DNA of 45,312 nucleotides from Candidatus Micrarchaeota archaeon (GCA_021812185.1 JAKAON010000003.1:1-45312), one strand, 5' to 3'; shown: positions 1-9,896, counted from the first letter of the stretch. A program made the numbers and translations. The notes: generated by a model not told the origin, from the sequence alone.

Positions 1-57
1 GTGGTATGTGCTGCCTGCATATGCCAGAAGTGTATCTGAAGTGCTATGCGCGCGGAC

Positions 58-801
58 TTAGCTCTCCATGTATGGCGCGAGATAATACGTTATCTCTGCA
101 TCGTGGATTTTGTAGCTGAGTTTTAGTGGGTCATCGCTCTTTAATGAGAGGTCTATCTCGCTCCCCACAGGGCATCCCTTCACTATGTTTTCCAGATATT
201 CCAAATTGAACACGGCCTGGGCGTTCTTTGCGGCGTCTATCTTCTTTATGACTTTGCCATCTTCCTCGTAAGACCCTTCCAGTTCTCCGGAGTCGCCATA
301 TGCGCTTGCTATGAATTGGTTCTTTGCTGCCTTGAATGAAATGTATGAGGACATCTGGGCAGCGTCCTTTATTATGTTCTTCATAGGCTCTGACATAACT
401 TCTGCATGAACGTCGAATGAGATTGTAGGTTCCTTGTCAGCATTCTTCCTTATGTCTATCAAAGGTATCTTGTACTTCCTCTTTCCGCTGTCGCTTGAGA
501 ATTCCAGGCTTAGCTTGTTGTCCGAATCTTTCATGACAAGCGCTTCGTTAGGCCTTGTCCTTTGCATTATCTTGCTAAGATTTGATAGATTGAGGCCTAT
601 TGAAACAGGATCTGAAACGGTGAATTTGGAGAATGCTTTGCTCGGTATATTGAATGATACCATGCTTATTCCTGAAGGGTCCATCGCCCTTAAGCTTATG
701 CCCTCCTTTGAAATGTTAAATGATCCTTCCTCTACGAGACTTACTATGGCTTCTAAGCAGTCTCTCCAATACTCTGCGCTGTCTAGTTTTATTTCGAACA
801 T
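58..801 (-). CDS. pcn: DNA polymerase sliding clamp PCNA
   Basis: 247 aa; LRAMDPSGISMV and C-terminal YYLAP motifs typical of PCNA. Confidence 0.96.
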   Translation of the reverse strand: MFEIKLDSAEYWRDCLEAIVSLVEEGSFNISKEGISLRAMDPSGISMVSFNIPSKAFSKFTVSDPVSIGLNLSNLSKIMQRTRPNEALVMKDSDNKLSLEFSSDSGKRKYKIPLIDIRKNADKEPTISFDVHAEVMSEPMKNIIKDAAQMSSYISFKAAKNQFIASAYGDSGELEGSYEEDGKVIKKIDAAKNAQAVFNLEYLENIVKGCPVGSEIDLSLKSDDPLKLSYKIHDAEITYYLAPYMES

Positions 802-890
802 ATTAACACCTGAAAGATAGTAAGTATTGGTTGGTAATATTATTATAAATATCTCTAGTGAGGAAGCTAGATACCCGCTCTTGTGATTGA

Positions 891-1700
891 TTGATAGGGC
901 TCATTTACTCGGAAAATGACACAGTTTCAAAAGCCGCTGGAGAGCATATATTGCAGGAGCATGAAAGTGAGATCGATGAATGGAAGGGATTTGAGAGGAT
1001 AGGGGAGATGGTGCTGTGCAAGTCGAAAACGGATCTCCTGCATTGCGAGTACCTTGATGGATTTGGATTTGATTCATTACTGATTGTGAGCAGGCACAAG
1101 AGCGAGAAAGGGGTTGTCTCATTCACTGCGCATTCAACGGGAAATTGGACCAATAGGGCTGACTTTGGCGGCATGCCCATGAAGCTGTCGATTGCCGAGC
1201 CGCTTGGGATGAGGGAATTCTTGCTTGGCATGACAAGAGAGCGCAATGAAGGGATTGATGTCATTTACGAGGCTACGCACCATGGGCCGCTTCTGAAAAC
1301 GCCATCATGCTTTCTTGAATTTGGAGGTCCAACATCAGTTATGGGAAATTCGCAAAGATCCGCGCTTCTTGGCAGGATCGCATTTGATTGCGCAATGAAA
1401 TTAGCAGAAAAACATGCGGAGATAGGGAAAGTTGCGATAGGCATAGGTGGCACGCACTATGCAAATAAGTTCACTAGGCTAGCTGTTGAGAAGGAGTACG
1501 CGTTCTCGCACATAATGCCAAAGCATGCAATAATAAATAAAGGACCATTTGAGAATATTAGCATGATAGAGGCTGCGGTAGATTGCTCTGGGATACCTCC
1601 AGAATGCGCAGTGATAGACTGGAAGAGCATGAACTCGGAATTGAGGGGAGATATTATAAAGAAACTTGACGATATTGGTTTGGATTATGAGAGAATTTAA
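891..1700 (+). CDS. dtdA: Archaeal D-aminoacyl-tRNA deacylase (DTD2)
   Basis: SRHKS, FTAHSTGN, YEATHHGP, IGGTHY and IDWKS motifs; TTG start. Confidence 0.9.
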   Translation: MIGLIYSENDTVSKAAGEHILQEHESEIDEWKGFERIGEMVLCKSKTDLLHCEYLDGFGFDSLLIVSRHKSEKGVVSFTAHSTGNWTNRADFGGMPMKLSIAEPLGMREFLLGMTRERNEGIDVIYEATHHGPLLKTPSCFLEFGGPTSVMGNSQRSALLGRIAFDCAMKLAEKHAEIGKVAIGIGGTHYANKFTRLAVEKEYAFSHIMPKHAIINKGPFENISMIEAAVDCSGIPPECAVIDWKSMNSELRGDIIKKLDDIGLDYERI

Positions 1701-3675
1701 GCCTGTTTTATACTTAGCTTTGATCATTCTGATTGGTTTGACCAGCATATCGAATGCGCAGTACTGGTTCCAATTCGGAGTAAGGGCAGGACAGAGCGCT
1801 TCAGACAACAACGGGGCAAGCGTGTGGATACAGACAATTACTCCGCAAAACAATATCACTATCGGATCGCTTGGTTTTTGGACTGGAGAGACGCTTGCCG
1901 ATGGATCTTTTGTGCAGATAGGATACGTTATGGAGAACCAGACAGGCAATTATCCAACATACTGCAATGCAACTGGATGCAGCCAAAACAATCTCTTTAA
2001 CAGGGGCGATGCAGAGTGGTTCTATGAATATTTCACAACTTCAGGGCCGTGCGAGAACCAGTTCTGCGGTGCCATAGGAAGTCCTGGATCCGTTGGGAGG
2101 AGCGGGACATACAACAACTACTCCTTTTTCTCAGTGGGAAATAATTGGTATTTCAAGGTAAACGACAAAATAGTTGGGGAGGTAGGGCTTAATACTGGAA
2201 GGTCGGGGGCAAATCTCCCGGTCGCATTTGGAGAGGTTGCGAATGCGAGCACTAACACCCAGAACGTAAGCGATGTCGGATTTTACAATTTCACTTTCTA
2301 CAAATCAAACCAATGGATGCAAGTAGATAAGGGCTTTTCTTACATAGGATATGGAGTTGGGAGCCAGAGCGCTCTCCCAAACAGATACGGAGTAGCCGAA
2401 GTAGGCAATTTGACAAATTACTTCAAGGTAGGATCTGGGATAAATCAGTTGATCAATAACACCGAGTTGTGGAACGTAGGGTATTCCCTTACTATAAACT
2501 CGCCATACGGCAAGCTCAATAATACCCAGATGTACAATGCGTATTCCAGCGTTTTTATAGACAGCCCTAGCACGATTTTGCTTTCAAGCACCTCGCGTGC
2601 TATATTTTACAAGTGGATAGGGACAGGAGGGAGCGGGGCGTATAGCGGGTATTCCAATTATTCCACAGTGCTGATGAACGGCAACATAAAAGAGACTGTT
2701 CAATGGACCACTCAGTACCAACTCAATATATCCGGTAACTACTCTTCTGATGTCAAGGGGCAGGGGTGGTATGATTCGGGAAGCAATGCAACATATTCTG
2801 TCATTGCTCCAGTAATTAATTTGACAAATGGGCAGAGGGAAATTTTCACAGGATGGAGCAACGGGAATATGAACCTGAGCGGCAATGTTGTCGTAGAAGG
2901 TCCGATAGATATACATCCGATATGGAAGACAGAATATTACGTCAATGCGACATCGAGTTTCAGCAAGATATTAGGAAGCGGATGGTATCCGAAAGGCTCG
3001 TATGCGCAGTTGAGTGTGCAAAACACCACAGTGTATTCGGGTATAGGGGAGAGGCATGTTTTCAGCAATTGGAGCAGCGGAGTCGACCTGAGCACGCAGC
3101 AAGTGCAGGTGAATGGCCCGATTTATGAAACTGCGAACTTTATGCAGCAGTACCTGGTTAACCTCCAAGCCCAAAATGCATATGGTAAGAACATAGATAT
3201 CAATAAGTTCGTGATAGGGAACAAAACGACAAATGGAACAGTATTCCTTGATTCTGGAAGGAAGTACATCCTGAATTCTGCATATTACAAAGGCGTGGAG
3301 ATGATTACAAATATACCTATATTTGCAAATTCCACTGCCATAATTAATGTGAAGATGCCTGTTTATAACGAGACCATAAGAACAAAGGACATGCTATTCC
3401 AGTTTCCCGTAAATGCCCTTGTTAGCGTGACATTTGCAAACACCACAGAAGGCAGATTTTACAGCGGACCAAATGGCACGCTCACGCTATACAACATTCC
3501 TTATGGATACTTGAACGGCACAGTGGAATTGTTTGCAAGCCAGAGGATTTATGCGCAATCTGGGTCGAATATTAGCGTATCAGTGTTATCAGTTGCGGAT
3601 TTTGTTGTTATTTTAATTGTATTCATGGCAATATTAGCATATGCAGCAAGAAGATTGCTGCGTGGTAAAAAATAG
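1687..3675 (+). CDS. Secreted, membrane-anchored surface protein; putative glutamic-peptidase-like N-domain plus beta-sandwich repeats
   Basis: Signal peptide from ATG 1687, many NxS/T sequons, FxxW and GxGWY repeats, C-terminal TM helix with basic tail. Confidence 0.7.
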   Translation: MREFKPVLYLALIILIGLTSISNAQYWFQFGVRAGQSASDNNGASVWIQTITPQNNITIGSLGFWTGETLADGSFVQIGYVMENQTGNYPTYCNATGCSQNNLFNRGDAEWFYEYFTTSGPCENQFCGAIGSPGSVGRSGTYNNYSFFSVGNNWYFKVNDKIVGEVGLNTGRSGANLPVAFGEVANASTNTQNVSDVGFYNFTFYKSNQWMQVDKGFSYIGYGVGSQSALPNRYGVAEVGNLTNYFKVGSGINQLINNTELWNVGYSLTINSPYGKLNNTQMYNAYSSVFIDSPSTILLSSTSRAIFYKWIGTGGSGAYSGYSNYSTVLMNGNIKETVQWTTQYQLNISGNYSSDVKGQGWYDSGSNATYSVIAPVINLTNGQREIFTGWSNGNMNLSGNVVVEGPIDIHPIWKTEYYVNATSSFSKILGSGWYPKGSYAQLSVQNTTVYSGIGERHVFSNWSSGVDLSTQQVQVNGPIYETANFMQQYLVNLQAQNAYGKNIDINKFVIGNKTTNGTVFLDSGRKYILNSAYYKGVEMITNIPIFANSTAIINVKMPVYNETIRTKDMLFQFPVNALVSVTFANTTEGRFYSGPNGTLTLYNIPYGYLNGTVELFASQRIYAQSGSNISVSVLSVADFVVILIVFMAILAYAARRLLRGKK

Positions 3676-3683
3676 GTGTATTG

Positions 3684-4205
3684 ATGAAAGTTGCGATAAT
3701 AGTGCCTCCGAAGAACTTTTCAGATGAGACATTGTCCAAGTTGTTGCTTGTCCTGCACAAATGGAACATAGATGTAACATTATCTAGCTACACGACATCG
3801 CAGTGCATAGGATTGCACGGGGCGATATACACTCCGGACGTGAACACGGCAAAGCTCAACCCTTTAGATTATAGTGCGCTGCTGCTGGTGGATGGACCTG
3901 GAGTAGATTCGTATAGATTGCAGGATTTTAAACCTTTGATCGACCTGACAAAACTATTCATAAAGGAAAACAAGATAATTGGGGCTTTTGGAAATTCTGT
4001 CAAGATATTTATACGCGCAAACGGTTTCACTCCTGGTAAGATATCTGCGCAGGAAAGCGCAGAGGTGCGGTCTTTTGCAGCTACTTCCAGATATGTAGTT
4101 ACAGATAAGGGCGTTGAAGTTTACAAAAACCTAATAACAGCGACGAATAGCGGGAATGCTATAGAGTTGGCTAATGAGTTGCTCGTGAAACTTGGAGTGA
4201 AGTAG
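3684..4205 (+). CDS. DJ-1/PfpI family protein (nucleophile Cys appears absent)
   Basis: KVAIIVPPKNFSDE, YSALLLVDGPG, KIIGAF and NLITA motifs. Confidence 0.85.
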   Translation: MKVAIIVPPKNFSDETLSKLLLVLHKWNIDVTLSSYTTSQCIGLHGAIYTPDVNTAKLNPLDYSALLLVDGPGVDSYRLQDFKPLIDLTKLFIKENKIIGAFGNSVKIFIRANGFTPGKISAQESAEVRSFAATSRYVVTDKGVEVYKNLITATNSGNAIELANELLVKLGVK

Positions 4206-4512
4206 TTTTTTTGTAGAAAATCTTGTTTTGCGATCCGCACTTCTTGCACGTGTATATTACGCAGCTCTTGGAGCTTGCAACAGTTACATTCGAATTTACT
4301 CCAGGTATCTGAAATTCCCCGCACTTCTTGCACACCCTTATTTTGAGTTTCTTTGGAATGCTGACTTTGTAGTGTCTGCTTAGCTCTTTTGCTATTTTTA
4401 TGTACTTGTTGCTTAATTTGGTTTCATTTTTTTTGGACGATTCTTCGGCAAGGCTGAAGAGCTTGGCTATGCGTTCGGATGCAATGCCTAGGATGAACTT
4501 GCTTTTGGCCAT
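4171..4512 (-). CDS. rnp4: Ribonuclease P protein component 4 (Rpp21)
   Basis: IASERIAKLFSLA helix plus two CKKC Zn knuckles. Confidence 0.9.
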   Translation of the reverse strand: MAKSKFILGIASERIAKLFSLAEESSKKNETKLSNKYIKIAKELSRHYKVSIPKKLKIRVCKKCGEFQIPGVNSNVTVASSKSCVIYTCKKCGSQNKIFYKKTTSLQVSRATH

Positions 4513-4517
4513 TTATT

Positions 4518-5009
4518 TCATTCTTTTATGATTATTTTGTTGTCCAGTACTTGCGTATTTGACTTGTCGAGGTAAAATTCAGCATCGAATATTTGTCCGG
4601 AAAGCATGATATTTATCCAGTATTTGTCATCAGGAAACATTTTTTCGTATGGGAGTTTGGATATGTCGAACCATTTTACTTCGCCTTCTTCGCTCGACCT
4701 TGGATTGCCATCGAAGTCCCTTGTTGAAAAAAGGTAGTTTAGTATTGTAAGGTCCTTTGTACCGTTCATGTAAAACTTTAGTGTTCCGTGATATGTCATG
4801 CTATTTACTCTAAGTCCGGTCTCTTCGTATACTTCCCTTATGGCATTTTGCTCCGGAGTCTCATCCCCCTCTATCTTGCCCCCTGGGCCGTTCCACTTGC
4901 CCTTGCTTATGCTGCGGGATCCGAATTTCAGGAGGATTTGGTTTCCCTTTAGGATATGACATATTGTAGTTCGTATAGTCATTGTACTCCTTGATGTTTT
5001 ATACGGCAT
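4518..5009 (-). CDS. NUDIX hydrolase, 8-oxo-dGTPase/MTH1-like
   Basis: Nudix box GGKIEGDETPEQNAIREVYEETG; KWNG and LPYEKMFPDD motifs. Confidence 0.9.
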   Translation of the reverse strand: MPYKTSRSTMTIRTTICHILKGNQILLKFGSRSISKGKWNGPGGKIEGDETPEQNAIREVYEETGLRVNSMTYHGTLKFYMNGTKDLTILNYLFSTRDFDGNPRSSEEGEVKWFDISKLPYEKMFPDDKYWINIMLSGQIFDAEFYLDKSNTQVLDNKIIIKE

Positions 5010-5055
5010 ACTTTGGTTGTTGATTTGTGCAATAAACCCTGATTTTTAATTACAA

Positions 5056-5160
5056 TGGGCCCGGTGAGATTTGAACTCACGACATCTGGCTGTCCTATCT
5101 GGAGATTCTTGAAAACCAGATTATAAGACCAGCGCTCTGACCAGGCTGAGCTACGAGCCC
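5056..5160 (-). tRNA. tRNA-Ile(UAU) with 30-nt intron at 37/38 (5092-5121)
   Basis: Acceptor stem GGGCTCG/CGGGCCC, anticodon loop CT-TAT-A^A, T arm GTGAG-TTCAAAT-CTCAC; BHB motif with bulges TAA and ACA around helix CTTA/TAGG. Confidence 0.92.
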
Positions 5161-5236
5161 CTGTTATTATTGCATGCCTTTAAGCTTTTATAGATAATGA
5201 GGCTTAAATTATTATCTATTTGTCAAAAGGATTTGC

Positions 5237-6544
5237 ATGGACTTAGGAGAGGGTTTAAGGAAGGCAATCGCCAAGCTTAGGGGAGCAACGATTATAGACA
5301 CCAAGACGATAAAAGAATTCAACAAGGAGCTCCAGAAGGTGCTCATAAGCTCCGATGTCGAAGTTAGCCTTGTACTTGCCTTGACTAAAAAGATAGAGGA
5401 TAGCGTATTGCATAAGGACCTGCCGCACGGGATCAGCCCGAGAGATTATGTTATAGACTTGTTATACGAGCAATTGGTCGGGTTGATGGGAGGCAGCTAC
5501 TCTCCTAGCATGCAGCCGAAAAGAATACTGCTCCTTGGGATATATGGATCTGGAAAGACCACAACCGCAGCAAAGATAGCCAAATATTATCAGGATAGGG
5601 GACTTAGCAGCGCACTTATATGCTGCGATACTGCAAGGCCCGCAGCCTATGAGCAACTTGAGACTTTGGCAAAACAGGCAAATGTGACGTTCTTCGGGAT
5701 AAAGGGAGAGAAGGACGTGGGGAGGATATTGCGCGAAGCCGACGTTGCACTCAAAGGAAAAAAAGTTGTCATATGCGATTCTAGCGGCAGAAGCGGGCTT
5801 GATGAAGAGCTGATCAGCGAACTTAAGATAATATCTAAGAGCTTCAAGCCTGATGAGAAGATGCTTGTGATAAACGCGGATATAGGTCAGGTAGCTGCAA
5901 AGCAAGCGCGTGAATTTGACAATGCTATAAAGATAAATGGAGTTATCGTAACAAAACTTGACGGTTCAGGCAGGGGAGGAGGGGCATTAAGTGCGGTAAA
6001 TGCGGCTAACGTAAACATAACATTCATAGGTAATGGGGAAAGGCTCAATGCAATAGAACTTTACGACTCGAAAAAATTTGTTGGTAGATTATTGGGAATG
6101 CCAGACCTAGAGAGCCTGATAGAGAGAGTAAACCAGGCAGTGAGCGAGTCCGGAGTGAGCAAGGAGGATATTTCTGCAATGAACGAGCTCACATTTGAGA
6201 CTTTCTACGCCCAGCTCAAGACGATGTCGAACATGGGCCCGATGAAGAATATGTTGGGCATGCTAGGAGTCTCTGATGCACCTAAGGACATCGTAGAAAA
6301 GAGCGAAGAAAAAATGAAAAAGTATAAGGTAATAATAGGGTCTATGACCAAGCAGGAGAGAAAAGACGGAAGTTTGCTTAAAGAGAGTGGTAGGGTGAAC
6401 AGGATAGCTAAGGGTAGCGGAACAAGTGAAAAAGACGTGAGAGAACTGCTTGCCGACTTTAATAAGATGAAAAAGATGATGGACAAGTTCCAAAATGACA
6501 GGGATTTCAAGAGGAGGTTGTCAAAATTTATGCCAGGAGCTTAA
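5237..6544 (+). CDS. srp54: Signal recognition particle protein SRP54
   Basis: GSGKTTT, DTARPAA, DSSGR, TKLDG motifs; M domain with RIAKGSG. Confidence 0.97.
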   Translation: MDLGEGLRKAIAKLRGATIIDTKTIKEFNKELQKVLISSDVEVSLVLALTKKIEDSVLHKDLPHGISPRDYVIDLLYEQLVGLMGGSYSPSMQPKRILLLGIYGSGKTTTAAKIAKYYQDRGLSSALICCDTARPAAYEQLETLAKQANVTFFGIKGEKDVGRILREADVALKGKKVVICDSSGRSGLDEELISELKIISKSFKPDEKMLVINADIGQVAAKQAREFDNAIKINGVIVTKLDGSGRGGGALSAVNAANVNITFIGNGERLNAIELYDSKKFVGRLLGMPDLESLIERVNQAVSESGVSKEDISAMNELTFETFYAQLKTMSNMGPMKNMLGMLGVSDAPKDIVEKSEEKMKKYKVIIGSMTKQERKDGSLLKESGRVNRIAKGSGTSEKDVRELLADFNKMKKMMDKFQNDRDFKRRLSKFMPGA

Positions 6545-6627
6545 AATAATGAGAGAGATAGATTACAATCAAGGTTATTAAATTAAAAAAACAAAATACA
6601 TACATTCTCTACTTTCGGAAATAAACT

Positions 6628-6675
6628 TTATCTCTTCTTTGCCTTCTTTCCCTTTGCTTTCTTTGCTTTTGCCAT
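6628..6675 (-). CDS. Putative 15-aa Lys-rich micropeptide MAKAKKAKGKKAKKR
   Basis: ATG..TAA in the srp54-drg gap; AAGTGA RBS-like element, TTTAAATA boxes upstream, T-tract downstream. Confidence 0.5.
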   Translation of the reverse strand: MAKAKKAKGKKAKKR

Positions 6676-6789
6676 TTTATTCACTTTAGCAATATTTAAA
6701 AAGTTAATGAATTAACATATTTAAATACGTTATTCAATGGGTTGTATAACAATAAAAAAGTTATACTTAGATAAAAATTGGGATTTTAG

Positions 6790-7884
6790 ATGGAAGATGC
6801 ACTTAATAGCAAGTTGGAGGATCTGAAGAAACAATATTCCAAAACGAAGTATAACAAAGCCACAAACAAGTATCTTGGTTTGTTGAGAGCAAAAATGGCT
6901 ACGATAAGGAAGCAGATAAGCAGCAAGAAAAGAAAGAAGGGACTTGGATTTGCGGTTAAGAAGACAGGAGATGCAACAATAGCGCTTGTCGGATTCCCTA
7001 ATGCAGGAAAATCATCGACGCTTAATTTGCTTACAGGAGTAGAATCCAAGGTTGCAGATTATGCATTTACTACTCTGGAAGTGATACCAGGCATGCTGAA
7101 CTTGAAAGGGGCAAAGATACAGGTCCTCGACACCCCTGGGCTTATAGAAGGTGCGCATATAGGGAAGGGAGAAGGCAATAAGATTGCTAGCGCGATACGA
7201 GTTGTTGACCTTATACTGTTCATCGTTGACATAACTGATTATGAAAAGCTTTTTTATTTGATCGACGAACTTTCGGCTCTCGGTATAGATTTTAACGATA
7301 AACCCGCGAAAGTTAAAGTGGACGAGACAGAGAGGGGAGGAGTAAGGATAATTAGAAATGGCAAAGTGGCTCCGCCAGATGGCAGCATAATCGAAGTTAT
7401 GAAAGGCGTTGGATTAGTTAATGCCAACGTATTTATATTCGGAAACTGCACGCTCGATGATATACTTGATGCCATTTCCGAAGATAAAATCAGGATACCA
7501 AGCATTGTTGCACTTAATAAAATAGATTTGAATGCGAATTTCAAAAAAGTTAAAGAGTCTTTGGAAGTGCGGACTAAAATGAAAGTCATACCGATAAGCG
7601 TCAAGACAAGTTACGGAATTGAATCTTTGAAAGACACCATGTTTAGCAGTTTAGGCCTTGTCAGGGTATTTCTTAAGGAAAAGGGGCAGAGGGCTGACTT
7701 TGAGAAACCGTTAGTTGTGAAAAATGGGAGCACCGTACTAGATGTTGCTAAAAGAGTGCATGCAGATTTGGCAAAGGAGGTTAGATTTGCATATGTCACA
7801 GGATCGAGCGTACGTTTCTTAAACCAAAGAGTAGGTTTAGACCACGTGGTCCAAGACGAGGATGTTGTCACATTTGTATCTTAA
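6790..7884 (+). CDS. DRG/Rbg family OBG GTPase with TGS domain
   Basis: GFPNAGKS, YAFTT, DTPG, NKID motifs; C-terminal TGS (QRVGLDHVVQDEDVV). Confidence 0.95.
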   Translation: MEDALNSKLEDLKKQYSKTKYNKATNKYLGLLRAKMATIRKQISSKKRKKGLGFAVKKTGDATIALVGFPNAGKSSTLNLLTGVESKVADYAFTTLEVIPGMLNLKGAKIQVLDTPGLIEGAHIGKGEGNKIASAIRVVDLILFIVDITDYEKLFYLIDELSALGIDFNDKPAKVKVDETERGGVRIIRNGKVAPPDGSIIEVMKGVGLVNANVFIFGNCTLDDILDAISEDKIRIPSIVALNKIDLNANFKKVKESLEVRTKMKVIPISVKTSYGIESLKDTMFSSLGLVRVFLKEKGQRADFEKPLVVKNGSTVLDVAKRVHADLAKEVRFAYVTGSSVRFLNQRVGLDHVVQDEDVVTFVS

Positions 7885-8028
7885 TGTTTTGATGGATTTT
7901 CCTTTGTGGCTGCGTAGAGATGTAATATTGCAACCTATATAAAATTTAAAGATTGAAAGATATTATAGTATTACAAACCGCTAATTAAGGATAAATAACT
8001 TAATTTGCAATAATATCTGTAATAATCA

Positions 8029-8541
8029 ATGATGTTCATGGCGATAAAGTACTGGGAATTTGAAGATGCCCCTATGAAAGAGAAGCTTAAGAGCCCGAAC
8101 GTTAGGGAGTTGGCAAAGATATATTTTGAGAATGAAACAAAGGCATACAGGTTCTCTAGAGCGCTAATTGAAGTAAAAAATATGGGAAACCTTCGTCTGA
8201 GGGATTGCAGCAAAGACCTTCCAATAGCCACATGGAAGAGGTATCTGGATTTCGGAGTGAGCGTAGGGATACTAAAACATGAAAATAATGAATATTCATT
8301 CACAGACAGGTATTCAAAGCCTTTGAAGAATATGTCAGTTTATATAAAAACATGGATCGAAGTCAAGGGCAAGGATGACGTTGATGTGCTTTTTGCCACG
8401 GCTAGGACCAAGAAACAGCAGAAGAGAGGGGGTAAAAAAGGATCTGCGCTTCAAACAGATATCGAATATAAGATAGTGCCTTCAAAGGACGAAAGTACAG
8501 ATGCGAATGGAACAGATACGGACAACGTACTTGCTTCTTAG
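8029..8541 (+). CDS. Hypothetical protein, possible winged-helix DNA-binding domain
   Basis: 170-aa ORF; IATWKRYLDFGVSVGILKHENNEYSFT resembles a recognition helix plus wing. Confidence 0.55.
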   Translation: MMFMAIKYWEFEDAPMKEKLKSPNVRELAKIYFENETKAYRFSRALIEVKNMGNLRLRDCSKDLPIATWKRYLDFGVSVGILKHENNEYSFTDRYSKPLKNMSVYIKTWIEVKGKDDVDVLFATARTKKQQKRGGKKGSALQTDIEYKIVPSKDESTDANGTDTDNVLAS

Positions 8542-9896
8542 CTTTCTGATTTGCGCACGCGCGGGCCTTGTGGGGAATCTTCCACTGTAAATCCTAATGA
8601 TTTTATCTTGGCTCTTAATTTATCTGCGCCTTCCCAATCATTTGTGCGCCTTGCTCCTTCTCTTTTATCAACTAGTTGTTTTATTTCAACTGGGATATCT
8701 GAAGCTTCATGCTCCAAAACATCGAATATGGAATTGAACTCGAGAAGGAAATTTCTTGAATGCATACCTGGACCCCCATTTGCATTTTGTTCCCTTATGT
8801 GATCGAAGAGTGCGGCAAGGGCATTTGGCGTATTGAAATCGTCATCTATAGATAAGAAAAACTGTTTGCGTAATTTTTCAACTGCGATCTTTTCATTTGG
8901 ATCGTCGCGGGTTTTGCTTGAATTATAAAAGAATTCATTTATACGTTTTAGGGAGTTGGAAGCCTGTTCCAGCGAGTTATCTGAATAGTCGATAGATGAA
9001 CGGTAGTGGGAGCTGAGGAAGAAGTACCTCAAAACTTTGTAATCATAAACAGCAAGCGCTTCCTGTATTGTCTTGAAGTTGCCTTTACTCTTCGACATTT
9101 TCTCAGAGTTTATATTGAGAAAGCCGGAGTGCATCCAATATTTGACAAAAGGTGTTTTGCCGGAAGCCGCTTCCATTTGGGCTATTTCGGCTTCGTGGTG
9201 TGGAAAGATGAGGTCAAATCCACCAGCGTGTATATCATATTGCTGACCGAACTCAGACTCTGTTATTGCAGTATCTTCTATGTGCCATCCAGGCCTGCCA
9301 GGGCCTAATTCAGTATCCCAAAATGGCTCTTTGTCTTTCTTGAATTTCCAAAGGCAGAAATCATTCCAGCCCTTCTTTTCTGATGATTCGTCTATTCGGG
9401 ATATTGCATCCTCCTTCTTGATTTCCACCCTTCCGGAGAGCTTGCCATAATCCTTGAATTTTGATACTTCGAAGTATATTCCATCGCTTATCTTGTATGC
9501 GAATCCCTTTTCTATAAGCGTTTTTATCTGTTTCACTATTTGGGGTATGTAGTCGGTTGCCCTTGCATATTTAGTTACGGAGTTGATATGGAGGGATGCC
9601 ATGCTTTCTAAGTATACCTTCTCGAATTTCTGTGAAAGCTCGCGCCATTCTACATTGCCCTGCTCTGCGCGCCTGATTATTTTGTCGTCTATGTCTGTAA
9701 TATTCTGCAGGTAGTATACTTCGTAACCTAGATGGCGCAAATAGCGTACGATAAGATCAAATTGAGTATATGTTTTTGCGTGCCCAAGATGGGGCGAATC
9801 GTATACAGTTATGCCGCATGCAAAGAAGTTTACTTTATTTCCAGATATTGGTCTAAACTCTTCCTTTTTCCTTGATATTGTATTGTATATTTGCAC
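8538..9896 (-). CDS. cysS: Cysteine--tRNA ligase
   Basis: CGITVYD, HLGH, GRPGWHIE, FPHHEAE and KMSKS motifs. Confidence 0.97.
   Translation of the reverse strand: MQIYNTISRKKEEFRPISGNKVNFFACGITVYDSPHLGHAKTYTQFDLIVRYLRHLGYEVYYLQNITDIDDKIIRRAEQGNVEWRELSQKFEKVYLESMASLHINSVTKYARATDYIPQIVKQIKTLIEKGFAYKISDGIYFEVSKFKDYGKLSGRVEIKKEDAISRIDESSEKKGWNDFCLWKFKKDKEPFWDTELGPGRPGWHIEDTAITESEFGQQYDIHAGGFDLIFPHHEAEIAQMEAASGKTPFVKYWMHSGFLNINSEKMSKSKGNFKTIQEALAVYDYKVLRYFFLSSHYRSSIDYSDNSLEQASNSLKRINEFFYNSSKTRDDPNEKIAVEKLRKQFFLSIDDDFNTPNALAALFDHIREQNANGGPGMHSRNFLLEFNSIFDVLEHEASDIPVEIKQLVDKREGARRTNDWEGADKLRAKIKSLGFTVEDSPQGPRVRKSES

Noticed and set aside
1-57. Partial gene at left edge
   Set aside because: Too short; no frame gave a recognisable product
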